Assembly: GCA_965207365.1 (NCBI GenBank)
Contig: OZ242281.1
Location: 500,362 to 564,361, forward strand
Direction: 5' to 3'
Source of the DNA: Dehalococcoidia bacterium
GTDB lineage: Bacteria; Chloroflexota; Dehalococcoidia; Bin125
Length of the DNA stretch: 64,000 nt
Shown here: positions 8,584 to 18,587 of the stretch, piece by piece
Layout of the letters: every line of letters begins with the position of its first letter
Numbering within the stretch: position 1 is the first letter of the stretch
Notes under the pieces: model-generated
The model's database searches: none
What the model saw: only the letters and a program-made list of their open reading frames with translations
What the model was told of the DNA's origin: nothing
Position numbers and translations under genes: made by a program

Positions 8584-9498
8584 ATGCCCACCGTCATCGA
8601 TGTCCACGTCCATCTCTGCCGGACGCCCGAGCAAGAGGCGCTCGTCTTTCCGCGTCGCGGTCTGCCGCTGGATTGGCGCTGGGCCAACGGCGACGCCTGC
8701 GGCGAGTACATGACGCGCAACGATGTCGAGGCGATCGTCGGCCTCAACTACATGGTCGTGCCAGAAATGTTCGAGCAGCAACGAGAGCGCCGCCCTGAGG
8801 CTCCGGCCGAAGACTTGCTGGCAATGCTGCACGAGCGCGTGCGCAGCTTCAACACCTGGACGCTCGAACGGCAGGCCGAGGACCCGAGGATTCGCACCTT
8901 TCTCTGCTGCGACATCGGCACCTGGGTCGATACGGACCTGCTTATGGAAGAGCTGGAACGCGGCGTCGCGATGGGCGCACGAGGCGTGAAGATGCACCCT
9001 GGGCTCGGACGCTACTGCCCCGCCGACGAGCGCATGATGCCGCTCTACGCCAGGCTGGAAGAGCTCGGCCTGCCCATCCTCAGCGACACCGGCGCGCTGC
9101 GAGGCGGTCCTGGCGACGACATCTTCGGCATGCCCGACCATTTCATCCCCGTCTTCGAGAGATTTCCCAGGCTGCAGTTCATCATGGCCCACATGCCCGG
9201 CGCATACTGGGATCAGAGAATCGCCATCGCCAAGCGATTCCCGCAAGTCCTCTTTGACACCGCCGGTGGCTTCAACGACGGACACTTCACCTGTCGAGAC
9301 GGCCGCCAAGCCTGCGCGCTCGAAGACGCAGCCCGACTCATACGAACACTCGGTACAGAACGAGTGCTGTTCGGCTCAGATGCACCAGGAGCCGATCAAC
9401 AACCGCAGATACTACAACTGCTAAGAAGCGGGTTACTCGATAGCGAACTCGATCAGATCTTAGTAGAGAACGCTCGCCCTGTTCTCGGACTATCGTGA
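8584..9498 (+). CDS. amidohydrolase-2 family metal-dependent hydrolase (TIM barrel)
   Basis: N-terminal VIDVHVHL metal-binding motif and a C-terminal FGSDAP-like motif. 304 aa. Confidence 0.65.
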   Translation: MPTVIDVHVHLCRTPEQEALVFPRRGLPLDWRWANGDACGEYMTRNDVEAIVGLNYMVVPEMFEQQRERRPEAPAEDLLAMLHERVRSFNTWTLERQAEDPRIRTFLCCDIGTWVDTDLLMEELERGVAMGARGVKMHPGLGRYCPADERMMPLYARLEELGLPILSDTGALRGGPGDDIFGMPDHFIPVFERFPRLQFIMAHMPGAYWDQRIAIAKRFPQVLFDTAGGFNDGHFTCRDGRQACALEDAARLIRTLGTERVLFGSDAPGADQQPQILQLLRSGLLDSELDQILVENARPVLGLS

Positions 9499-9636
9499 TC
9501 CGGCCAGCAGTTTGACAGCCATTGCCAAACTGGGCACAATGGACGGGACGGGAGGCGAGCGCCGCTGACTTCTATCATTGCGGCGGCCCGGCCGAAAGGC
9601 CCGCCTCCTGTCCTTCCGTCTTTCTGGTAGGTCCCG

Positions 9637-10374
9637 ATGCATCTCCTGTATCTCGATGAATCAGGGTCTACTGACGCAAGTCACTTTGTTGTAGCTGGAT
9701 TCATCGTCAACTGGCGGGGCGTCGTGCCTCTCAAGCTGTCGGTGGAGAACATTGTCTCAAATCGGCTCCCCAATGCTGCGGCTATGGAGCTTCATGCCGG
9801 TCACATGCGTGTGGGAAGACGAAGCTGGTCTCGGATTCCACGAGATATCCGACATCAAATCACCGAGGACATAGTGAGACTGATTGTGGGGCAGTCCGGT
9901 GCTGACGAAAATCCCGTGACGTTGGTCGTCGTCGTCGCAGATCAATCCTCCGATTCCTCCTCAGGGCTATACGATCGTTCTTACAGGGCACTGTTTGGAA
10001 TCTGCGAATCCCTCATCCAGGCAGGCCGGAGTGAATCGCCAATCTTGGCCATTGCCGACAAGACGCGCCAAGAACCACTGATTCAAGCGCTGGTGAATCC
10101 AGCCCTCAGCGACCTGACGGTCGACAGTTCGTCGCGAGCGCCGTATTCCTCCTTACTGGAACCGCCACTATTCATCGACAGCCGCATGACCCGCCTTGTG
10201 CAACTCGCCGATTTTGCAGCTCACTGGCTTTACCGAGCTTACGAACACCACGACAACTCAATACTCGACCAGATTCTTCCCGCCTTTGATCGCAGCGGAG
10301 GCAACATGGTTAGTTTGGTTCACCTCACAGACCGAAGTGATTGCTCCTGCCCCGCCTGCGTCTCCCGACGCTGA
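9637..10374 (+). CDS. DUF3800 domain protein
   Basis: Starts MHLLYLDESGS..., the characteristic DUF3800 opening. Local GC is visibly lower than the flanks (9500-10400). Confidence 0.55.
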   Translation: MHLLYLDESGSTDASHFVVAGFIVNWRGVVPLKLSVENIVSNRLPNAAAMELHAGHMRVGRRSWSRIPRDIRHQITEDIVRLIVGQSGADENPVTLVVVVADQSSDSSSGLYDRSYRALFGICESLIQAGRSESPILAIADKTRQEPLIQALVNPALSDLTVDSSSRAPYSSLLEPPLFIDSRMTRLVQLADFAAHWLYRAYEHHDNSILDQILPAFDRSGGNMVSLVHLTDRSDCSCPACVSRR

Positions 10375-10394
10375 CTACGCCCTAGACTCGCCGC

Positions 10395-11573
10395 ATGACC
10401 AACCAACCCGACCGCAGTGCGCTGCGAAATCTCCAGGACAAGACGGCCATCGTCGGCGTCGGCACGACCGAGTTCGGCTCGATCTACCGCGACCTCGACC
10501 CCGAACGCTCAGCCTACGAACTCGGGCTGATCGCCTTTCGTGAGGCCTTGAAAGACGCCGGTCTGAGGCGCACCGACGTCGACGGGGTGATCGTCTCTCG
10601 ACTGCCCCACTACGGTCGGATGTGTGAGATGATCGGCCTGCGTCATCCTCGTTTCGTCAACGTGCTGCCGGGCGAAGGCAGGCAATCCGGCATCGCCTTG
10701 CAGTATGCGGCGCTGGCCGTGGCCAACGGCATGGCCGACGTAGTCGCCTGCATCTACGGCAACAACGGACGCTCGGCCGGCGCGCGATACGGCGGCGAGA
10801 ATCGCGGTATCTCTACCCAGGCCATGTTCGAAGCGCCCTACGGCATGACCTCGCCTGGCGCGGTCACCTCAATGATGTTCCGCCGCCACCAGTACCGCTA
10901 CGGCACCACGACTGAGCCGCTCGGCCACCTCGCCATCTCCAACCGGGCCAACGCAGCGCTCAATCCGAATGCCGTCATGCAGCGCCCGATCACGATGGAC
11001 GACTACCACGGCGCCCGCTACATCGCCGAGCCGCTTTGCCTGTTCGACTACTGCCTGATCAACGATGGCGGCGTTTGTTTCATCGTGACTTCCGCCGAGC
11101 GTGCCCGCGACCTCAAGCACACGCCGGTCCTCATCCATGCCACGTCACAGGCGTCGGACATCACACCCGTGTATGTAGCCGACGACTTCTGGCACGAGCC
11201 GATGTCGCAGATCGCCGACGATCTCTTTACACACTCAGATGTCCAACGCGACGACCTCGCCTTCGCCCAGCTCTACGACAACTTCACGCCCACGATGCTG
11301 TTCACCCTCGAAGGCATGGGCTTCTGCGAGCCCGGCGAAGGCGGTGACTGGATCACGCCCGAACGCATCGGACTACGTGGTGAACTGCCGCTCAACACCG
11401 GTGGCGGGCATACCAGCGAGTCATACATGCAGGGCTGGGCGCTACATGTCGAGGCGGTCAGGCAACTGCGTCAAGAATGCGGTGACCGCCAGGTCAACGA
11501 GGCACAGTACGGCCTGTATGCCTGCGCCGCTCCACTGGCCACGGGGCACATCCTGAAGCGAGACAACTCATGA
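10395..11573 (+). CDS. thiolase-like protein (SCP-x / lipid-transfer-protein type, thiolase fold)
   Basis: 392-aa thiolase-like sequence (AIVGVGTTEFG..., NTGGGHTSESYMQGW). It overlaps a DUF35 OB-fold partner gene by 4 bp. Confidence 0.8.
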   Translation: MTNQPDRSALRNLQDKTAIVGVGTTEFGSIYRDLDPERSAYELGLIAFREALKDAGLRRTDVDGVIVSRLPHYGRMCEMIGLRHPRFVNVLPGEGRQSGIALQYAALAVANGMADVVACIYGNNGRSAGARYGGENRGISTQAMFEAPYGMTSPGAVTSMMFRRHQYRYGTTTEPLGHLAISNRANAALNPNAVMQRPITMDDYHGARYIAEPLCLFDYCLINDGGVCFIVTSAERARDLKHTPVLIHATSQASDITPVYVADDFWHEPMSQIADDLFTHSDVQRDDLAFAQLYDNFTPTMLFTLEGMGFCEPGEGGDWITPERIGLRGELPLNTGGGHTSESYMQGWALHVEAVRQLRQECGDRQVNEAQYGLYACAAPLATGHILKRDNS

Positions 11574-12007
11574 CGACAGAATCGCAATCTGCGGAACTCA
11601 GCTATGAAAAGCCGCTGCCACCGGCCCTTGAACTGACCAAACCGTTCTGGGACGGCTGCCGCGAAGGCATTCTGCAAATCCAGTTCTGCAACATTTGCGA
11701 TCTCCCCTGGTTCCCGCCGGCCGAAGCCTGCCCCCGATGCCTACAGGACGACTGGGAATGGCGGCCGATCTCGGGGCATGGAACAGTCTGGTCCTGGATC
11801 CGCATGTGGCAGAAATACTTCCCCGGCTGGGAACCCGACGAGTACCCCTACACGGTCGCCCTGATCAAACTCGAAGAGGGTCCCTACATGTACTCAACTC
11901 TCGTCGACATCGAGGACCAAGACGTCAGCTGCGACCTCAACGTCGAAGTAGATTTCCGCAAAGTCAGCGATGAAATCACGCTGCCGGTGTTTCGACCGTC
12001 GCGCTGA
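11570..12007 (+). CDS. Zn-ribbon/OB-fold DUF35 protein (partner of the thiolase-like protein)
   Basis: 145 aa with CxxC...CxxC (CNICD...CPRC) followed by an OB-fold-like region. It shows the classical pairing with an SCP-x thiolase. Confidence 0.8.
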   Translation: MTTESQSAELSYEKPLPPALELTKPFWDGCREGILQIQFCNICDLPWFPPAEACPRCLQDDWEWRPISGHGTVWSWIRMWQKYFPGWEPDEYPYTVALIKLEEGPYMYSTLVDIEDQDVSCDLNVEVDFRKVSDEITLPVFRPSR

Positions 12008-12027
12008 ATGCCGAACACAAGACTTCC

Positions 12028-12558
12028 ATGAGCAGAGGAGCCGAAGCCCACGTCCGAACGGATTCTGAACGCTCTGTCGACGCTCGTGACTTCCTACTTG
12101 ATGAGGCGCACCATGCAATAGATGCTCAGATGCGCTTTCTTTCGTCGCAAGATGTGCGCGTTGTTGCAACGTTCACCATCAGCCTGTTGCTCGTCTCTGC
12201 AACGGGGATCGTTGGCGATATTCGCCTATCGGGTGGGCTGGTTTCAGTCCTCACATTGTCGGCGTTGGCGGTCTCAGTCGTAGTCTGGCTTTGCTGTTGG
12301 GCGTCCTATTACACGAGGAAAGTTGCGTTTAGCGTCGAAATCGACATCCTGGCCCGCAGCTACCGAGATGCCAGCACCGACGAAATGCAGGACGCCTCGT
12401 TGGAGGCCCTTGTCGCGGGATTTGAACAGAACAGCGAAACAATCCCTTCGCAACGAAAGTGGCTGCAATACGCGATAGTCGGACTGGGTATCCAATTGGC
12501 GCTTCTTGCGGCGACAACCATTGCCGGTGCACCAACTGGAGCGGCCTTGGGGTCCTGA
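12028..12558 (+). CDS. hypothetical 3-TM membrane protein (low GC), paralogous to 15227..15743
   Basis: ORF with an N-terminal amphipathic helix, two TM helices, a charged helix and a third TM. GC is lower than in neighbours. Confidence 0.4.
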   Translation: MSRGAEAHVRTDSERSVDARDFLLDEAHHAIDAQMRFLSSQDVRVVATFTISLLLVSATGIVGDIRLSGGLVSVLTLSALAVSVVVWLCCWASYYTRKVAFSVEIDILARSYRDASTDEMQDASLEALVAGFEQNSETIPSQRKWLQYAIVGLGIQLALLAATTIAGAPTGAALGS

Positions 12559-12734
12559 CTGCTAGAGACCTCGCTTGTGAAGCTTTAGCGGCAATGGCCG
12601 ACCCGTCCGTTGCTCGCCAGTGGACTTTGAATCATCCTTGTCCGTAACCGGAGCGGGAACTTTGGCATCTGTCGCTTGCTGTGTCGATTCCATAACGCCA
12701 TCTCGATTCGTTGCCACGCTCTCACCTCCCTATC

Positions 12735-13919
12735 CTATCGACCTTGGTCGGCGCCTGACGAATGCAGTTCAGCAAGCACCTCGTCCTGATGCTCTCCGAG
12801 TCCTGGGGCTGGACGCATGTTCGTTGAGACCGGTGTGCCCTCGAAATCCCAGGGCGGTGCGACCTGTTGCAGCATTGAACCGTCTCCCTGCTCCACATCG
12901 ATGATGGCTCCCACGGCTGCAACCTGCGGATCCCGACTGAGCCGTTCGTAGTCGTGCATCGGGAAGGCCCAGCCGCCGTGACGCTCGATGATTTCGATCA
13001 CTCGTTCCGCCTCAAAGCTGGCGAACCCCCGCTCCCAGAGCGGTTTCAGCTCTGCGGCGTATCGTCCTGCGCCTCCGGCTCCGTCGGTCCGGAGCCGATC
13101 GAAGTCCGGACGTGCACGTGCCCACTCCATACCGAGCTCGTCGATCAACGACTCGAACGCGTCTCCGCGGATGCGTGCCAACGAGAAGTAAATCGGCAAG
13201 TCACGACACTGATAGCCGTGGTCGGGTGGTTTCACGTACGAGTCGAGATGGAATCCCCACCACTCATCCGGGTTCGAGAGCGCCACCCACAGCGTCGACC
13301 GCATCGCCAACAGACTGCCGAAGAGTGAGACCTCAATCCGTTGGCCGCCAATCGGCGCGTACGGATCTGAATCGTCGCGAGCGTACAATCCGGCGCAGAT
13401 CGCCTGAATTGCGTAGTTCGCCGCATACATCGAACCGATATCGCCGCCATGGCGAACCGGTTCCTCACCAATCGTCCCCAAAGATGCCGTCGCTTCACTG
13501 GCCAGTTGCGCGGCAAGTTCCGACATCGGACTGTCGCTCCACGAACCGTGAGGACCGAAGCCCGACATCGCGCAATAGACGAGCCCAGGAGCGTCCAGCG
13601 ACTCCCAGCTCAACTCGCTGGACAAGCCGACCTTATCGACGATTGCGACATCCGCGCCGGCCAACAACTGCCGAGCAGTCTCCAGGTCGCCCTCCGACGA
13701 CCAGTCGAGCATGATGCCGCGCTTGTTACGATTCAGCGCCTGGAACAGCGCCGAAGCTCCGCTTTCCGTCTGTGGCGACCAGCCCCGCGCACGGTCTCCG
13801 GTGGGCTGCTCAATCTTGATCACATCTGCGCCACCGTCTCCGAGCGACATCGCCGTGTACGGCCCGGCTACGCCTTCCGCGATCTCGACGACGCGATATC
13901 CATCAAGCGGACCAGCCAC
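12735..13919 (-). CDS. CoA-transferase family III (CaiB/BaiF)
   Basis: 394 aa. Starts MAGPLDGYRVVEIAEGVAGPYTAMSLGDGGADVIKIEQP, the typical CaiB N-terminus. Confidence 0.85.
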   Translation of the reverse strand: MAGPLDGYRVVEIAEGVAGPYTAMSLGDGGADVIKIEQPTGDRARGWSPQTESGASALFQALNRNKRGIMLDWSSEGDLETARQLLAGADVAIVDKVGLSSELSWESLDAPGLVYCAMSGFGPHGSWSDSPMSELAAQLASEATASLGTIGEEPVRHGGDIGSMYAANYAIQAICAGLYARDDSDPYAPIGGQRIEVSLFGSLLAMRSTLWVALSNPDEWWGFHLDSYVKPPDHGYQCRDLPIYFSLARIRGDAFESLIDELGMEWARARPDFDRLRTDGAGGAGRYAAELKPLWERGFASFEAERVIEIIERHGGWAFPMHDYERLSRDPQVAAVGAIIDVEQGDGSMLQQVAPPWDFEGTPVSTNMRPAPGLGEHQDEVLAELHSSGADQGR

Positions 13920-13920
13920 A

Positions 13921-15150
13921 CTAATCGCCGATCACTGGCGTCGGCTCTGCGGTTGACGCTCGGCGCTTGGTGAGATCGTCGAGGATGTCACCCGTGTGCT
14001 CGCCTGGCATCGGCGTGCCGAACCAGCGGGCCGGCGTTCGAGACAGTTCCCAGGGCGGACCACCGGTCCACACATCTCCCCAGCCAGAAGTGGTGATTTC
14101 CTGCAGGTAGCCATTCTCAATGGTTTGCGCATGATGCTGCAGCGACTCGAACGAAATCGGATAGCCGCACGGCACACCTGCGTCGGCGAGCCGCAACATC
14201 CAATAGTGGCGTGGACGCTGAAGGAATGCCTGCTGAAGCAAAGGCGCCAGTACGTCGCGATGCGCGACCCGGTCGAGGTTTGTCGCAAATCGAGGGTCAG
14301 TCACCAGGTCGCTCAGACCATCGACCTGCGCTTCCGACGCATTCAGAGCCTGGCAGAGGCGGCTCCATTCATCCTCGCTCGTTGCTGCGACACCGATCCA
14401 ATCGCCTCCGTGGCACTGGAATGCCTGATCGGGCGCGGCCGCGAATCCGGCTGATCCCAGTGGTTGATGCTGCATACTTGTCGCGAGGTATTCCGCAATC
14501 CGGCCGCTCTGCAAGGCCATCCCCGCTCTCAACATGCCGACGTGAATTCGCTGTCCCCGGCCGGTCCGCTTGCGCGCCAACAGACCCATGAGCACAGCCT
14601 GGGCCGCGACGTTGCCGGTGCTGGCGTCCATCTGTGTGAAGTGCCGGTAGACCTCAGGTTTGCCGTCTCGCTTGCCGTTCACCGACCAGAACCCGGTGAA
14701 GTACTGACACTGCACATCGGCGCCGGGCTTGTCGCGCATCGGCCCGACCTCACCCCAACCCGTAATCGCCGTGTAGACGATGTTGGGATTGGCTGCTGCA
14801 ACCTGCTCATAGCCAACGCCCATGCGCTCGGCTGCTCCGGGACGCATGTTGATCAGGAAGACATCGCAGGTCTGGAGCAACTCATATGCGGTCTGTCGAT
14901 CGGCCTGTGATTTCAGGTCAAGGAACAGTCCGCGCTTGTTCATGTTCCAGCTGATGTAGCCCACGGATGTGCCATTGATCGCCGGAGGAACGCCGGCGCC
15001 AAGCGTCCGAGGATCGACGCCTGGTTGCTCAATGTGAATCACATCGGCGCCCAAAGCGCCGAGCTGCATCGATGCCCAGGGACCCACCATCCACAACGTC
15101 AAATCAAAGACGCGAACTCCATCAAGCGGTCCCGGCATATCGGCCTCCAT
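13921..15150 (-). CDS. CoA-transferase family III (CaiB/BaiF)
   Basis: 409 aa. GPLDGVRVFDLT...GADVIHIEQPG motif. Tandem with the previous gene, with a 1-bp gap. Confidence 0.85.
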   Translation of the reverse strand: MEADMPGPLDGVRVFDLTLWMVGPWASMQLGALGADVIHIEQPGVDPRTLGAGVPPAINGTSVGYISWNMNKRGLFLDLKSQADRQTAYELLQTCDVFLINMRPGAAERMGVGYEQVAAANPNIVYTAITGWGEVGPMRDKPGADVQCQYFTGFWSVNGKRDGKPEVYRHFTQMDASTGNVAAQAVLMGLLARKRTGRGQRIHVGMLRAGMALQSGRIAEYLATSMQHQPLGSAGFAAAPDQAFQCHGGDWIGVAATSEDEWSRLCQALNASEAQVDGLSDLVTDPRFATNLDRVAHRDVLAPLLQQAFLQRPRHYWMLRLADAGVPCGYPISFESLQHHAQTIENGYLQEITTSGWGDVWTGGPPWELSRTPARWFGTPMPGEHTGDILDDLTKRRASTAEPTPVIGD

Positions 15151-15226
15151 CCCAGGTCATTATCCGTCGCCATGATAGGTCTGACCTAGGCTGTACCAAC
15201 TCGGAAAGCAGAGTCACTGTGCATGA

Positions 15227-15743
15227 CAAGACCCTCTTTGAATTGGCCATATGGCGACTAGAAGAGCAGCTTTCGGAGCTTGACAAGCTGGACAGACGGC
15301 TGACCGCGACGTTTACTGCCGCGACCGCTCTCCTGGTGCTCTTTGCCACATTTGGCGACTTGAATGGCTCACCAGATTCTTCAACGACAGCGCTGGTTGT
15401 CATCTTCTCAGGAACAGCGCCGAGCGAGCGTGACATTGAGATTCCGGTGCTGATCCTGCTGGTGGTAGGCGGACTTGGATATGTCACCCTTCTCGTTGCG
15501 ATCCTTCAAGGAATGAGATTCCGGCCGCTGGTCCTTGGAGCAGACTTAGAACGACTAGCGCGCAGGTCTAGATTTTGGGACGACAGTGAGCTGCGAAGTC
15601 AGGCTGCGACAGACATTCTCGACGCGTTGAGCAGGAATGAACTACAGGTCCGGAGGAAGGCCTTATGGACAAGCTTGGCCATCACGTTATGGGCGCTCGA
15701 GGTCCTTGTGCTTGCCTTGGCGGCCTTTTGGAGCGTGTTTTGA
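15227..15743 (+). CDS. hypothetical 3-TM membrane protein (low GC), paralogous to 12028..12558
   Basis: Probable GTG start at 15227 within ORF 15072..15743. Same helix-TM-TM-charged helix-TM architecture. The charged-helix regions align (LARxxRxxSxxE...K.L). Confidence 0.4.
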
Positions 15744-16031
15744 ACCACTCTTGCCACGGGTAGCCCAGAGTTCACGTGCGGCTTTCCAAGGGAGCGGGAT
15801 TCCTCGATCAACAGTGTTTGAGACGTGCCGTTCATTCTTCCGAGTAGTCGTGGAGCTAGTCCGGCTCGACGATGAATGATTGGTTTGAGCCATTTCAAAA
15901 TGTCCGTTTCTGCGTTCATTCTAGCCGGCTGAACTCGCGGGCCTGAAGCATGGCTTCTTCCTTGTGCAGTGTACGGGCCTCAGGGACTTGAGGTCCCTTG
16001 GGGGGCTCGGAGTGGTCAGCAGCTAATGAGT

Positions 16032-16349
16032 TCAGCCTCCGCCGCGATGGGCTTTCATCATGAAGCGTTCGATCAGCGACTCCATCGCCTCCTCCGATCC
16101 TGCCGTGAAGACGAAGTAGTGCTCGTCCATCTTGGTTGGCAGTTGCGGGTGCATCGAGCGCTGCTCGGTCCGCCAGAGGACCGACCAGCCGTCACCCGAC
16201 ATCGCGCCGTCGGGCTGTACCACGCCATCAGGATCGGTCGCGCCTGGCGACGGTGGATCCACGTCGGACGCTCCGAGCTGTTCCAGGTACTGGCGCAGCA
16301 GCCAGATCGGCATGGCGCGCAGCGTGATCTCCCTGACTGCTCGCGACAT
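16032..16349 (-). CDS. hypothetical protein
   Basis: ORF 16032..16451. An internal Met (MSRAVREI...) is preferred as the start. No family recognised. Confidence 0.3.
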   Translation of the reverse strand: MSRAVREITLRAMPIWLLRQYLEQLGASDVDPPSPGATDPDGVVQPDGAMSGDGWSVLWRTEQRSMHPQLPTKMDEHYFVFTAGSEEAMESLIERFMMKAHRGGG

Positions 16350-16467
16350 GGCAAGAATCCCTTCGAATATCCGTGATAACCGCGTTACATTACCTCGTTT
16401 TGATGTATCGTTTCGCTTCATGGGCAACACCGCCCGCGGTCGCGGGGCCACAGTTCAGGAGGAAAGC

Positions 16468-18465
16468 ATGAGCGAGCGTTCCTATTGGCAACGGATGAGT
16501 CGGAAACGGATGAGCCGTCGCGGCATTCTGAGCGCCTCGGCTCGCGCCGGAGTTGGCGCGGCCGGCCTGGCCCTGGTGGGTTGCGGCGACGACGATGACG
16601 ACGGTCAGTCCGTCGCCCAGGTCCAGCAGCAGCAACAGGCCATGCAGCAGCAGGCCCAAGACCAGGCCATGCAGCAACAACAGCAGCAGGCCATGCAGCA
16701 GGACCAGCAACAGCAGGCCCAGCAGCAGGCGATGCAGCAGCAGGCCCAGGAACAGTCGAGCCAGGAACAGGCCGATCAACAGGCTGCGCAACAGCAGGCC
16801 ATGGTCGCCGAGGGCAAGAAGTACGGCGGCTCGATCATCGAGCAGTCGGCCAACGTCTACGAGACTTACGACGCGCAGCGAACAGTCGCGTCGCCGGTGC
16901 TCCAGGTCCTTGCCAACGTGCAGTCGAAGCTGCTGCGCTTCGAGAATCCCAACACCGGTGTCCTCACCGGCGACCTCGCAGAAGGATGGGAACTGCCCGA
17001 CGCCACCACGATCGTGTTGCACATGCGTGGCGGTGTGAACTGGCACGACGCCGGCCCTGGCGCCGACCATCCATCAGCCGCGCCCGGTCGCGCGCTGACG
17101 CCCGCCGACATCGCCTGGAACATCGATCGACAGCGCAACAAGGTACTCGAGAGCGGCGAGGAAGCCAGCAACTTCGGTCGCAGCGCGTACTGGGGCGGCG
17201 TCGGCTCGATGGACTATGACGACGTCAGCCTCACGCTGAATCTGGCCGAGGCGGACGCGACCTTTGTTCAGGGCCTGGCCAACGAGTTCAACCTGATGAA
17301 CCAGCCGGAACTCGTCGGCGGCACCGAGGACCAGTACACGGAAGTGGACGCCTCCAAGGTCATCGGCACCGGCCCGTACATCCTCACCCGGTGGGATCCC
17401 GGTGAGGGCATCTCGGCAGTCAAGAACCCGGACTTCTACGCGCTGCCCGACAAGCCGTATCTTGACGCCAGGGTCTGGGTGCAGACGTTCCAGGACCCCA
17501 ATGCGTACCGGATCGCGTTCGAGCAGAAGCAGGTCGACTTCATGAGCGACCCGGACCCGAACACGACCCTCGCGATCCACGACAGCCTGCAGGATGAGAC
17601 GTATCTCACCTTCCAGGGCGTCGCCAACACCGTGGCGATCTTCACACCGTCGAACAAGGCGCCGTGGAACGACTTGCGCCTGACACGAGCCATCGACCTG
17701 GCCATCAACCGGCGCCAGTTGATTCAGCAGTTGCACAACGGTCTGGGCAAGGTCTCAGGGCCGGTCACCTGGATGCAGGAAGCCTGGGCCATCCCACAGG
17801 AAGACCTCGAGACTTACCCCGGATACCGAATCGACAAGGACCAGGACGTCGAGGAAGCGCGCGCGCTGTGGAACGCCGCCGGCGGTCCCGAGCTCGGCCA
17901 GATCGACTGGGTCACGTCCGAGCTATGGGCCTCACGCGCGGCCTGGTCGGCGACGCCAGGCATCATTGCCGAGATGTTCAACCAGGCCTTCGACACCGAC
18001 CAGTTCAACGGCATCACCAAGCCGTACCTGGAAATCATCCCGTCCTGGATCGCCAAGGACTTCGATCCGTTCTTCAGTTGGATTCCGAACATCGAAATCC
18101 CCGACGCGCGGGCCGACATGATCGGTGCATTCACCACCGACGCCGGCTCGAACTACTGGGAGATCTCGGATCCGTACATCGACGACACGTTGAATGCGGC
18201 CAAGCAGGAACTCGACTACGAGAAGGCCTACCAGATGGTTCGGGAAGTCCAGGAGTATGTGATGGAGCGCGGCCAGTACGGGCGCAGCATCTGTTACAAC
18301 TACATCTACCCGGCCATTCGCTACAACTACAACCATCCGCAGTTGTCCAGTCCCGAAGAGGGTTGGAACTTCCTGCCCTACAGCCTGAACTCTGTTGAGC
18401 AGTGGGTCGACCTCGATGATCCGTCAGCCGAAGGCCGCCAGCCGACCGCTCCGGTACCTCTCTGA
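16468..18465 (+). CDS. ABC transporter substrate-binding lipoprotein, family 5 (DppA/OppA-like), with twin-arginine signal, lipobox and a Gln-rich low-complexity linker
   Basis: AGGAGG lies 6 nt upstream of ATG 16468. The protein has an SRRGIL Tat motif and an LVGC lipobox, followed by DDDDDG and a roughly 60-aa Q-rich stretch with repeated QQQAMQQ (DNA 16618-16800). The remainder is SBP-5-like. The ORF-track N-terminal extension from 16132 was rejected. Confidence 0.85.
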   Translation: MSERSYWQRMSRKRMSRRGILSASARAGVGAAGLALVGCGDDDDDGQSVAQVQQQQQAMQQQAQDQAMQQQQQQAMQQDQQQQAQQQAMQQQAQEQSSQEQADQQAAQQQAMVAEGKKYGGSIIEQSANVYETYDAQRTVASPVLQVLANVQSKLLRFENPNTGVLTGDLAEGWELPDATTIVLHMRGGVNWHDAGPGADHPSAAPGRALTPADIAWNIDRQRNKVLESGEEASNFGRSAYWGGVGSMDYDDVSLTLNLAEADATFVQGLANEFNLMNQPELVGGTEDQYTEVDASKVIGTGPYILTRWDPGEGISAVKNPDFYALPDKPYLDARVWVQTFQDPNAYRIAFEQKQVDFMSDPDPNTTLAIHDSLQDETYLTFQGVANTVAIFTPSNKAPWNDLRLTRAIDLAINRRQLIQQLHNGLGKVSGPVTWMQEAWAIPQEDLETYPGYRIDKDQDVEEARALWNAAGGPELGQIDWVTSELWASRAAWSATPGIIAEMFNQAFDTDQFNGITKPYLEIIPSWIAKDFDPFFSWIPNIEIPDARADMIGAFTTDAGSNYWEISDPYIDDTLNAAKQELDYEKAYQMVREVQEYVMERGQYGRSICYNYIYPAIRYNYNHPQLSSPEEGWNFLPYSLNSVEQWVDLDDPSAEGRQPTAPVPL

Positions 18466-18587
18466 TCGACTGAAGCTCAAGGACGACGGCATAGGTTGCC
18501 ATTCGTCCGTCGCCGATTCGCCCCGCGGCGTATCGGCGGCGGACTGTAGCCTCTGCCTGAAGCATCAACGGATAACCGGGCTGCAGG

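Noticed and set aside
9575-9612. Rho-independent terminator after the amidohydrolase gene (gcggcggcccggccgaaaggcccgcc)
   Set aside because: The stem is imperfect and no T-tract follows. Not confident enough to call.
16132-16467. ORF-track N-terminal extension of the substrate-binding protein (777 aa)
   Set aside because: The extension overlaps the convergent minus-strand gene and lacks an RBS. ATG 16468 has AGGAGG upstream and gives a proper Tat/lipobox signal.
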